A stretch of DNA of 64,000 nt from Epiperipatus broadwayi (taxonomy: Eukaryota; Animalia; Onychophora), in contig JAQFVV010000011.1 in the NCBI GenBank assembly GCA_028023455.1, positions 2,232,001 through 2,296,000 on the forward strand, written 5' to 3'. This document shows, one piece after another, positions 38,201-50,065 of the stretch. The notes beneath the pieces were generated by a model, which did no database searches, was not told where the DNA came from, and was given only the letters and a program-made list of their open reading frames with translations. How positions within the stretch are numbered: position 1 is the stretch's first letter; every line of letters begins with the position of its first letter. The position numbers and the translations under genes were made by a program.

Positions 38201-41200
38201 AGTATATAACTATAACATTCATAAAGAGAAAACAAGGTTGCTAAATTTCCAAGTTGTTGTTTTTTTTTTTTTTTAAAAGTAACAAATTCAATACCATAAA
38301 CCCAGCCCCAATGTAACATTTAGTGATTTTAAAGCTTTAAAATATATATATATAGTTGTCCAACTTTCTGTGGCATTTGCAATTCTAATAATATATACTT
38401 ACTGACTCAATAATGATATAATTTGGCTAAAATTGCAACATATTGACAATTTATTATAAGTTCTTTAGAGTTTATTAAATGTAGAGAATTTGTAAATTAA
38501 TATGTTTACAAAAACAAAATAAACATACCATTATGTTATGATACTCAAAAAACAACATAAATAGGAAATAGCATAATAAATAAGTCTTAGAATAATTATC
38601 CTTCTGTTAATCAACAACCAATTTACTTAGGTAATTAAGACACTCCAAATTATGAAAATGATTGGTTAATGGAAAATTAATTGCAAGTGCATACAACAAT
38701 CCCTAGAGAAGAAACTTTTTGCCATAAATTCTAAAAAAAATCCTGAGTGGAATTATAGATTGTATAAACTTGATATGTTTTTGTATACTCTTAAGGAGTA
38801 AATAAATTTGGATTTACAGATATTATCTGTTAATAAATTGCATATATATTGTACATATTGATTAATCAAATAATTATAATCATTACATTAGAATTTGTAA
38901 AAAAAATTGTATTCAAGCTTGGATTTTCCCTAACTTATTTTATATGTGTGGGTGAATGTTTAGAGTGGATTTACAGAGAAATTATATGCTATTTTAATTA
39001 ATAATTTACTAGCAGGATTCACTATGATGAAGAGCTCATAAATCTTGGGGCATAGCATAAAGAAATAACATTTCTCTTAAAAATAAACTATAAACGTATA
39101 ATACTAAGCTTGCATTTTATATACAATTAATGAAGCTATTTATAACAATTGATAAGCTAAGTGCTTTTGGGAATTCTACTTCCCATATTCATAGTTCCTT
39201 TCCCTAGTACTTAGTGAATACCACAGTAATGTATGCAAATTTATTCAATAATGATTAAAAGGTCCACTTTTTAGAGATAGTAAAGCAGGTGTCTCTTCAG
39301 TTGATTGCTTTGGGATTATCTGCAATAAAACAAGCCTCCTTTGCAAGAGTAATCCCATTTCTTTATGCGATGCCCCCATACATGTAATTTTTAAAAAAAT
39401 CTAAAGAAAAATGCAATGTATAGCACTGAGACATTAAGCAGCATATATGCATCAGGTAGAGTATATTTTGACATACAGAAAGTAATTTCTTTTAAATGCT
39501 TCTGTAACTCTTAATAATTTTTATGTGACTCCTTGGAAACACAATTTCTAATGTGAGAAACTCATGCCTAGATGACCAGATGTGTTAAATGACATAAAAT
39601 AATAATAATACATGATTTCTGTTTTTGAATAAAGGTTCTGTTAATGAATAAAGTATTATAATATACTAACAAAATATAAAATGGCGTTATAGTTTTAATG
39701 CGCTTTACTCTAGTATATATGTAATAACATGTTCATGTAATTACGCGTTATTCAACACAAATAATCATTAAAACATAACATTGTCTTTACTATAATCTGT
39801 ATGTTATATTAGACACTTGTTTAGATGAATATGACCTATTCAATTTTCTTTTCAAACTTAGCCCTAATGTTCGCAATTTACTTTTCTTTTTTGGAAAAGC
39901 GATGTCAAGTTATTCAAAATTGATTTGCAAACTTTTTTTTTTATTCATTTTAAAATAGAAAAAAAAAAAGTCCGATACATATAAAACACCACTCGTAATA
40001 AATTCTAAGTGAATACTTTACTTTCAATTAAACTAAGTCAAAGGATTAAGCAACGCCATATATTTAAATAATGTTTAAAGTGTATATAAAAAGCAATCAG
40101 GTCTTAATTATTGATTTTAAAAAGTTCAAACAAATTTTAGAAAGCATTTATTTTTAAAAACCATAAATCACTTTAATTCATGATTGGTTTTAAAAAAAGA
40201 ATTCTTGCTTTGTTATTAACGTTTTCTTGAAAGGTAGTATGTAATCTCTATAAATTTATTAGGTTTAAAAAAAAGATTAGCGGAATAATAAAAGATCTCA
40301 GTAATGCAGACTGTAAATAATGACAAAGTTTAAAATAAACAAACTAATTAAAATGAAAAATAAAAAAAAGTTATAACATATATCTGCTATTTAAATCATC
40401 ATCAATAACTGACCTTTAGAACAAAGGCTTTCTACAAAAATCTCTACCAAACTTTCCTGTTTAAAAATAATCCAATAATTTTTGTATTTATTTCAACATC
40501 CAACTTCAAAAAGAATCGCTTCCAAAAATGTAATTTCTTAGTGCCCTAGTTTCTGATAGAATTCTTCTTTCGCCAAGAGCCCATCTTTATTTATTTATTG
40601 TTTTTTACACTTTAAAAATAGTAGTAAGATCAATCGATTAGTATTACCAGTCTAATATTGAATCATTCCCTTCTTTTTCTCTTCTACCTATTATTCCTAA
40701 TACACTTTTTCCATAATTCTTTATCCCATTTGAGATCATTATTTTATATTAAATTGAAATAGGCAAAATACATTAAATCGAAAACTATTTTTAAAATCTT
40801 AAGGGATTGTTTCTTTTAAATATAACTTGCTAAATGCATTTTATATAGTTATACAGTGATTGTTTAACAGTAACTAATAATTAATCAACATTATCACAAG
40901 ATTAAATAATAAAGTAATTATTTTCCTACCTGCAAATATAGTAATAGATGAAATCTTTCATACTTCACGTTATTTATCCAATCAGAAACGGTCACTAATC
41001 AAATGTCTTTTCCTTATTAGAGATTTAACTTTTCATCTGATCCAAGAAATAAGATCAATAATGACGAGTGTCCTTTCAATCTCACCAAACTCTATAAATA
41101 CAGAATTTGTTTAAAGCTAAGGGAGGACACTGATAACCTACAGAAGAAGACGATGTATATTTGATAAGCAGAAACAAAGCTGTTAAATGGAATAAATAGC

Positions 41201-41208
41201 TATTACCA

Positions 41209-41304
41209 GTCAAGCGTTGGTGGCATAGTGGTTAGCATAGCTGCCTTCCCAGCAACTGGTCCAGGTTCGCTTTCTGGTCAGATGAACGGTTTGACATATA
41301 TAAA
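41209..41304 (+). mobile_element. tRNA-Gly(TCC)-derived SINE, most tRNA-like copy, 15-bp TSD
   Basis: GTCAA-GCGTTGGTGGCATAGTGGTTAGCATAGCTGCCTTCCC..., close to the eukaryotic tRNA-Gly(TCC) 5' half. TSD AAATA(G/T)CTATTACCA at 41194 and 41305. Confidence 0.85.
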
Positions 41305-42099
41305 AAATATCTATTACCAGTTATTTGCCATCAGTTATGGCTAAAAATGGTAGAAGTCTAAACCAATGAAGGAAGATCCATCAATAAAAGTTTCAAAGCT
41401 ATGCAACTTTCAAGATTGTGCATGGTAGCACAGAAGTGATGACCATCACACCGTAGAACACCTGTTCATGAATGAGAAAAATTTTGATTGATGAAACTGC
41501 CAATCTTACTAAGGCTGAATTATCTGCCTAAAGGAAGCAAGCAAACTGTAGAAATCATCAGTCATTATTCCAGAACCTATAACAGTTGTGTTTGAGGTGT
41601 GATTGATATTGTTAAATGTTATAACATTACATTATAATTGATATGAGTGCTAGGAGAAAACTAAATCAATTGATATATATTGTCTAGGGTCATAATAATC
41701 TTCAAGATACAACACATATTTTTTTAATTATTACCCCCTTCCCCAATCATTTATTTAAATTCTTATAATAAACAAAACTATCCATTTCATCATTCTTTTC
41801 TTTCATTAACCCTAAAATATTAGTGAAAAGATAATGATTATTAACTAAAAAAAATATCTAAATACTTTTTGTATGTTTTTGTCATTATGATAGATAAAAT
41901 TTATATGCTAAATAAACACAGATAGATTGCTTACTATGTTTAAGATTGAAAAGACACTGTGTCTTCGTATTCAAATTCCTGATGCTTTTTATCTGAGGTA
42001 TTAGTTGGATCTAATTGAAGACACGATGAACAGATGTATGCATATCTAATTGCTGATTTTTTTTGATAAAAATAAACTATGATTATTATTTTCTAGAGG

Positions 42100-42760
42100 A
42101 CATCACATGATCACCATTTTTTACACTTACAATCTGTTAACACAGTGGCAACTTTATCCATACAATATGCAATTCACTGATAACAGTCATAGCTGAAAAC
42201 TAATCTGGGAATATTGGATGAGTAGCCCTTTGATAGAGATTTTGATCTATTAACCTGTTAGCATCTATTGATTACTATGATTTGCACTAGGTGGCAACTA
42301 GTATGGAGAAAGTTGGTAGTGTATTTACAGATTGTTTAAACAAAAGAAATGATATTATGTGATGTTATAGTGAGTTAACACCAATTCTAGCCAAATATAT
42401 GGTGAGTATGGTTATTAAAATATCAAACACACCAAAATATATAGATATTGAACTGGGTACATATCTGTAGGTTGGATTAAAAATATTACTGTGGTTTTAG
42501 TTTGGGATTCTAGCTTTACACTTGACTAAAAAACTGGTAGATGGCTGCTAGAGGGATGCATTAGATCCAAAGATCTAAGTGCATTGCTCTCAAATGTGAA
42601 GTTCCTCAATGATGAAAGCCATTATCTAAAAACTAGTTTAGAAATATCAGATAAATAGACAATGGATAGAGGTTTTGATGCCCTAACCTTCTAGCATCTA
42701 TTGATTACTATGGCTTGCACTAGGTGGCGATATTGTAGGGAGAAAGTTGCTATTGTATTC
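42100..42760. mobile_element. Family C insertion (short inverted arm plus >1 unit), 8-bp TSD, two decayed HHRs 433 nt apart
   Basis: TSD TCTAGAGG at 42092-42099 and 42761-42768. HHR remnants at 42177 (CTGATAA...ACTAATC) and 42609 (ATGATGA...ACTAGTT). Confidence 0.8.
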
Positions 42761-43799
42761 TCTAGAGGCTGTTAAGTTACTGACCCAAGTACAAATTATT
42801 GGATATTTTAGCTATGGATGTATGCAACCATTCGATGATGTCTTTTTAAGTAATTATATATGACTATAGACCAATTTTAAAGTGAATAAAATATTGCACA
42901 AATATAAAGAATTGTTTCATGTTAAATGAAGAAATGTCAGAATTTGTGAAAATAGATGAATAGGTGAAGACACAATTGATTTGAAAAATGACTATGAACT
43001 TTATTATAAATATTAGTTATTATTATAACAAAGATACTGAGAATTTTATAATGATATACAGAATGCTTCTGATTAGAACAAATAGTATTTTAAAATTATC
43101 ATTGAAGATTGTAATGCTAAAACTGGAAAATGTTCCCAAGAAGAAAATACTATGAATACATTAGGTTATGAAGTAGAATTGAAAGAAAACATGAATTATG
43201 AAATTTTCAGAAGCAGAAAACTGTTCATTATAAATTCTTTCTTTGAGAAAAAGGCTAAGCAGAAATGGTCATAGAAATATGTAAGGGAAGATACAGCAGA
43301 ATTGGATTACATTTTGTCTAACAGAAAATATATATTTCAAAACTGTTGTGTGTCTAAAAGATTAAACATAGTAATCAACAATTATTAATGTATAAGATAT
43401 GTATTAATGCAAAAAGATACAGAGACAAAAGGTATTAAGAAAGACAGTATTAATAATTTATATCCCTAACACTCGGAAACACTCCAATAAATTTAAACTA
43501 GAATTTTTAAAAATATTTTTTAAGACAGATCAGACTTGAGTGATATCAATTAAAAACAAACTGTCATTCTACAAAGAACTGCCTTAAAAATACCTAATGC
43601 AAATACTCTTAGCTTTCTTCAAATAAATTTTTAATTGAGACAAGGAAATGTTTGAAGAAAAAAAGAATAATGCAAACTATTTAAAGGAAATGAATATTTG
43701 AAATTCTTTAACATTGTCTAAAAAAAAGTTAATGATGAAATAAGGAAATTTAAAATGGCGATAAAAACTATAGAAGAAAACAAATCTGACACATATGAA

Positions 43800-44333
43800 A
43801 CGGCAATGATAAAGGTATGAATAATATTTCTGTAATGTAATTTTCACTATATGATACTCTTGCAAGGTAGGAAGGGATTGGCATGAGAATGGTGTAGTGA
43901 AAATTACACTACAGAAATATTATTCATTAAGTGAATAATCTCTAGTCTCGGAATGATTAATAAAAATTATTAATATACTTCCATCAAGTAGTTTATGCCA
44001 AAATTGTAAGTGCAGAAAGTTTGACACCTGTCAATTAAACTGAAGTAATTTTTTATCTATATACATACTGAACAATGATAAAGGTATGTATAAGAGAATG
44101 TGATCTGAGCCAACTGATGAGTGCTGGTTCAGCACGAAATGTGCATCTTGAGGATCATAGATATTTTTCATGTCTTTGATTATATTTTTATGATTACACC
44201 CTTCCACAAGATGTTAAAAGTGGATAGAAACCAACCCTACCTTACATGAGAGTGTTGTAGTGAAAACTACACTACAGGAATATTCATCAAGTGGATAATT
44301 TCTAGTCTAATGAATGACTAATAAAAATTATTA
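43800..44333 (+). mobile_element. Family A1 retrozyme-like insertion, 363-bp unit, complex inverted 5' junction
   Basis: CATGAGA...GTAGTGAAAA at 43882 and 44245. Probable TSD ATATGAA at 43793-43799 and 44334-44340. Confidence 0.8.
44101..44157 (+). ncRNA. Type I hammerhead ribozyme A1
   Basis: tgatc-tgag-ccaa CTGATGA gtgctg-gtt-cagcac GAA ATGTGCAT C ttga-g-gatca. The core and 6-bp stem II are perfect, stem III is self-complementary, and there is an AUC site at 44145-44147. Proximal stem I has a mismatch. Confidence 0.88.
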
Positions 44334-44523
44334 ATATGAACCAGCATCTTTGCATTGGAAAAAAAGTAATTTTGGCAACAAGAACAAAAGATCGTACTAT
44401 TACTCATCAAGTGGATAATTTCTAGTCTAATGAATGACTAATAAAAATTGTTAATATGAACCAGCATCTTTGCATTGGAAGAAAAGTAATTTTGGCAACA
44501 AGAACAAAAGATCGTACTATTAC
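44284..44523. repeat. 120-bp tandem duplication spanning the A1/RTE junction
   Basis: 44284-44403 and 44404-44523 differ at only 2 positions by eye. Confidence 0.95.
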
Positions 44524-44790
44524 TAAAAGGTGAAGCAACATAATAAAGTGAATGAAAAAATTCGAAAAAAAAAAACTAGAACAGGAAAACAAAGTAGATC
44601 TCCAATTATTTTAAGTGAAGAGGTAAGACAATTAAATTTCTGGAAAACCTTCAAGAAATAATAAACTATTATTGATATCTTTAAAAAAAGTAGTTTAAGA
44701 AATAGAAAATTTGTCAGTAAAAGTAAATGTACAATTGGAAAAATATTTAAAAAAAATAAAAATAAAGATTTTAGAAAATGTAGACTTATC

Positions 44791-45190
44791 AATAATTTTT
44801 ATTAGTATGATTAGACTAAAGATTATCCAATTAATGAATATTTCTGTAGTGTAATTTTCACTATACCACTTTCATGCAAGGTAGGGCCCGGTTTCTATCC
44901 ACTTTTAATACTTTGTGTAGGAGTGTAATTATAAAAATAAGACCAAGGACATGTGAAAAGGATGTATAATCCATAAGATGCACATTTCATGCTGAATCAG
45001 CACTTGTCATTTGGCCCAGATCATGTTTTCTTACACATACCTTTATCATTTTTCAGTATATACCAATAAGGAATTACTACAATTTAATTAATGTCAAACT
45101 TTTTGCCCTCACAACTTTGACACAAACCACTTGATGGAAGTATATTAATAATTTTTATTAGTATTTCATTACACTAGAGATTATTCACTT
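44791..45190 (-). mobile_element. Family A1 copy, 356-bp unit, HHR decayed
   Basis: AATAATTTTTATTAGT at 44791 and 45147. The HHR remnant on the minus strand is gggccaa ATGACAA gtgctgattcagcat GAAATGTGCATC. Possible TSD TATCA. Confidence 0.75.
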
Positions 45191-46344
45191 AATGGGTATA
45201 TCAGTCTTGTACCAGTTCTATGCAAGGGCTTTTCTAAAATCATTATACCCTGCTCAAATAACTTTTGATTCAACCCATCTCAAAGAATAAACTGAATTTA
45301 AAATGATTATAATGTAACAAATCATTGGCAAGTAGTAAAAGAGGGTATAAATAGGACCAATGAGTATGAATTGCCATTATGCCTTAGATTTGTAAATTAT
45401 GAAAAAGCATTTAATTTTTTATAAGCAATTCAATGATGTTTAGAGAATACTTAAGCACCCTCCATTTACTTTTATGGATGATAAGATTGTTTTCACAAAT
45501 GATGCTTTAGAGCTTCAGGAATTGTTAGACAAATTTACCATCCGAAAGAAAGTAAGACTAAAGATAACTGTTGAAAAAATTAAGAAAAATAATTTTCAAC
45601 AATTTTAAACAAAAAAATAAATAAATAATAGTAATGATTAATAGAAATAGAAAAATTATTCTTTATTTAATTATTAATCCAAGTGTTACTAATTTCAACA
45701 GCATATAAATAACTTACGTGTAATGTATAGAGTTATAATCCAAATGTAAATATACAAAATCAATCACAAAAATAAACTTGACTGGAGTATTTTTGAAAAA
45801 ATATTAGATGCATGCTTATGTAAATGTAAGCTTTTTAATAAATGTATTTTAACATTACTTACTTTATGGATCTTAAAGTTGAATTCTTAATAAAAGAAGT
45901 ATATATTGGGAATAATAAGAAAGGGTCAAAATCAAAATGTACTGGTGCAAAAATAGCTATGATTGACTGATTGACATCACTGAAACAATTTGATGGTTGA
46001 AATTAAACTTTGTAGCCACACATCATTAGAAGAAATGGTTGAAGAAGGACAGTCAATGTTTTAAACTGGCTTCCAAAAATTTGTAACAAATTCTAGAAAG
46101 AGGCCACAGATGAGATGTGTGGATGAGATAAAAAGTTTGCTGGAGATCAGTGGAGAAGAAAAACTATGGAATAAACAAATTGGATTAAATATTCTACAGT
46201 GGATCAAAATCATACTAATACTAATTAATTCAATTAATTTATTAATATTTGAACATTTAATAAACCCATTTAATGAAATACATTACAACTTAAACATTCG
46301 ATAAAGTAATTGCTATTTCCTCAACAAATATTTTTAGGACTACA

Positions 46345-46880
46345 AAAATATATCAATAACATTAAAAATATATTATAAAAATTTGGTAGTCTCTATAATG
46401 CTGCCAAATATCCAAATGAACTGGTTCCTGCACTACAGGAAATTCTTCAAGAACATACATTCTACATGTCACAACTGCCACAGAACCTCTGAAACCTTTG
46501 ACCACATGATAAATGATTGCCCGGCATATGACAAAATCATAACATTCATTTCTCACAACTGCCACATTTCCCTGAACAAAATATTAGATACAAGAGCTGC
46601 TTCCTGTCTAAGGATTATGTCATCTCAAGACTTTCGACCTTCATCACTTATGCCACCTGGATGGCCAGATATTGAAACAAGTTCACCATTCCTCATCCCA
46701 AGCCTGGAGACATATTCATTTCTAAGTTGAAGGAATTTTGCCATAAGGACAGTATCATCTTGTCCAGATTTTTATTTGACAACACATGGAGCCTGATTAA
46801 TCTAGATTAAACAACCCCAGTAGCACATCAGACCACCTGGTTGCCCGAGCAACATGGATTACTTTTTATTTATTTACAAG
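46345..46880 (+). pseudogene. 3' fragment of a non-LTR retrotransposon ORF2 with C-terminal CCHC zinc knuckle
   Basis: ORF 46383-46730 contains CHNC-HRTSETFD-H-MIND-C (Cx2Cx8Hx4C), typical of the LINE ORF2 C-terminus. Confidence 0.65.
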
Positions 46881-47184
46881 TGTATCATTATTACATATGT
46901 ATTTTAATAAAGTTATTTATAATATAAAGTTTCTCATTTATTTTATCGATGCTAAATAAATTCTTATTCCTTGTTCATATATGAGGAATTCTTATTACTA
47001 TTTTTGAAATACAATTATGTAACAAAATTTTTCCATGAATGATTAAATAAAAAAAAATCATACCTCGAATCACTCTTCTATAAAACAAATTTATACAAAC
47101 ATCTTTGGCATTAATTATATTAGTGAATTTACTATATAATGACTCTAATTTATCTATATGAAAATAATAATAATAAATTTATAA

Positions 47185-47560
47185 TAATTATATTTATAAA
47201 GCACATACTCATTACTTAAAGTAATATTTATTAAGGCTATAACCTTAAGACTATGCATCTGAAAAAATGACAGTAGGGACCTCTGCAAACCTTTAACACA
47301 AGATTTATTTAAAATAGGTCCCTAATGTCGATTTTTTAGGTGCATAGTCTTAAGGTTATAGCCTTAATAGATATTACTTTAAGTAATGAGTATTCGCTTT
47401 ATAAATTTAATTATTACAACTTTATATTATCTTAATAGATTTCTAAGCATAAGATCTCGTAAATCAGAAGATTTTATGGATGTTAATGTGTTATAGAATT
47501 TGTGGATGGCCGCTCATGTCTTTTAAATAAATCTTGTGTTAAAGGTTTGCCTTAATAAAT
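47185..47560. repeat. Fold-back repeat with ~95-bp arms and a circularly permuted ~235-bp unit
   Basis: Arms at 47190-47282 and 47316-47405. The spacer GCAAACCTTTAACACAAGATTTATTTAAAA reappears inverted at ~47521-47550. Confidence 0.8.
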
Positions 47561-48018
47561 ATTAATAATAAATTTAGTATATATGATAAATTTTGTTTGA
47601 TTATATGTAAGAAATTTGTGATAAATATGTAGATATGCGTTACAAAGTGTACAATATTTAAAATAAACAACGCTTGAAGTTTTTTAGTTCAGCTTAATGT
47701 ATTTTTGACATCGAGCACCATATTTATTATATACTTCATAAAGCATATCTACATACATATGTGCAAATTTCTTATATATGCAAATGTTGTGGTGTTTTAA
47801 TCAAGCACATATACATATAGTTTTTAAAATGGGGGGGGGGGTAAAGAATTTTGGATTAACACTTTGGCAATAATAGATCAAGAAATCAAGTTGCACTTGC
47901 TTATGCTTAAATTTTATATTTATTAACTTTTTAAAAATAATATATTTAAATAGTTTTAACTCATAAAACAAAGAAAATTGTTTTAAAATATTTCATTAAA
48001 AGTACTATTCTACACAAT

Positions 48019-48265
48019 TTGGCATAGTTGGAAGAATGTCTGACTTGGGATTGGGAGGTCCCAGGATCAATTCTGGCACCCCAAGTCTAGTGCTCAAACT
48101 TCTTATGAATTCTCGAGCAATAAATGCATATGCTTTTTATTCTGAATGGTTTGGTGTAGTTGTTAGAATGTCCGACTTGGAATTGATAGGTTCCAGGATT
48201 CTGGTGCTCCCAGTTCTGGCTTTGGAACTTCTTATGAACTTTCGAGCAATAAAGCCATATGCCTC
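48019..48265 (+). mobile_element. Two tandem copies of a second tRNA-like SINE family
   Basis: A-box-like TTGGCATAGTTGG / TGGTGTAGTTGTTAG heads and a shared tail CTTCTTATGAA...CGAGCAATAAA. Further copies at ~54172-54285 and a decayed one at ~11050-11160. Confidence 0.6.
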
Positions 48266-48439
48266 TTTTTTTTAGATGTACTTTTTGGTAAATCTTATTA
48301 GCTTTAATACAGTGAATAAATATGTGAACAGATTTATATTAATAAAATAAGACGGATTATCAAATAAACTGATTAATAATCAACTATTAAAGACAAACAA
48401 TTATGTGAAAATCATTTAGTGAAGAACATTTTCATTTGC

Positions 48440-48815
48440 CAGAATAAAATGTGTATTTTGGGAGAATTTATAAACGATCAGAACTGGAAGCAGATTATTC
48501 TCATATTGGGAGAAAACCAGAAAATTTATCACCAGACCTAACTGAATCAGACAACTCAAACCCCACTGATCATGCAGAAAAGAAAAGGAGAAAATCCCGA
48601 TCTAGTAGAGCTCTAATACCAAAAGAAATTAACAACGGTCAAATGACCCGAAGCTTAATATACATCTACAAATAGGTCCATGAAACCTAAAGTGGAGCTT
48701 CACTCACCACCGTCCCTCTTAAGATGATAAAAATATCTATTAAAGATATTATTTCGGAAGACTTAGATCTACATTAGAACAATACCAAAAAGATTCTACA
48801 ATGGAACTGTGCAAC
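48440..48815 (+). pseudogene. LINE fragment at an ORF1/ORF2 junction
   Basis: A basic, low-complexity ORF (48451-48675) is followed by AAG ATT CTA CAA TGG AAC TGT (KILQWNC), the N-terminal APE endonuclease motif, then truncation. Confidence 0.45.
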
Positions 48816-50065
48816 TTTATCTTTTTTTCTCTCTCGTTTGTTTTGTTAGAAAACTATCAATGTAAACCTTAGTTACAATAAAGTTTTTTACCTTTAAAAA
48901 AAAAAATTCAAATATTTGAAAAGAAAAAGCCAATTTAATTAGGAATGTTTTTGTTTTGCAATTAAAGTAGTTACTTTCAATCAAAAATAGTGGTTTTCAT
49001 TTAATAGCAAGCTAAAAAAACAGAAAAGTTAAGTTAACCTGTTTTGTCTTTTGAACGGATTATTATACTGAAGACTTGCAAGGTTACGGGAACCAAAAAA
49101 ATTAGGTCAGATGCCCATACCTATTTGATTTTATGACTTAATTGTACTTTTATTGAAGATTAATCTGCCTGCACTGGAAAAGAATAATTGAAGTTACATT
49201 AAAGCCAAGGATTATAAATTACTTGCACAGATGATTATTAACAGCCCCAAATTTAAGTACTATGAAAAGCCTACAACATCAGTAATAATACATAGACTTT
49301 GTAAAGAAGATATTGTTAATTTATTCAAGTAAATCTGCCTTAATAATATTTATGCTTATAACATCAGCTAATTAAATCTTTCCATTTTAATATTTAAATA
49401 GAAGAATATTTAATTTCTATTCATTATATTGTAATTTTAATATGTTCTTATTGTATATCTTTATATATTGATTCTATAGACAAAATCAAAAATTCATTGG
49501 GGGGGGGGGGATTTATCAATTGTTGCAAGATCTTTTCAGAGTTTGATCTTTTCAGAGTTTCTATCATATGTAAAAAAAAAAATCACACATTATTCAAACT
49601 GACATTTTGCTATTAATTATTTAAACAAATACAAAATATAAATAAATACAAAAGGAAAAGAGTATTATAAAGAACTTTTCAAATATGTGGAAATAAATAA
49701 AGATTTGAGTAGTTGATAGAATGGTGCTCCCTTAGTCTAGTCAATCACTGATAGATATTTAAAATATATAAAATACATGTAAATTGCTTAATTGAATATT
49801 TTAAGATACAATAATACATAACACAATGAATGACTGATCAAAAGAGGCCTCCCTTTGGTCAGTAGAAGATTGGGCAGGTTTGATATTTGTTTTTACTCCG
49901 CCTGCAGAACTGCTTTGATTGGTTGCTATACATCAATACACATTGACTGTGGATTTAACTTCGTATATATAACGGTCATAATTAATTTACATATATGTAT
50001 AATAAATTGCTGAATATACTGCATAGCTAGATTTTAAATTATAATACATTTTTTAAATCACCAAA

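Larger units (their letters stand above)
41820..46240 (+). pseudogene. Decayed, originally full-length RTE LINE with nested insertions
   Basis: Colinear with the intact RTE from the 5' ribozyme region (TATGTTTTTGTCATT vs TACGTTCTTGTCGTT), through GAGGCTGTTAAG (42765), to the 3' W-x-DEI...ILQWI region (~46110-46210). Confidence 0.75.

Noticed and set aside
41214-41285. Functional tRNA-Gly gene
   Set aside because: The acceptor and T stems are disrupted, the anticodon loop is altered, and it has a SINE tail and TSD.
47495-47525. Possible decayed HHR (GACATGA GCGG CCAT CCAC AAA) on the minus strand
   Set aside because: It needs several core changes and has no stem I or III support.
49140-49335. 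Short frame IKAKDYK...EKPTTSVIIHRL resembling Jockey-type ORF1
   Set aside because: Similarity is too weak and the frame is bounded by stops.
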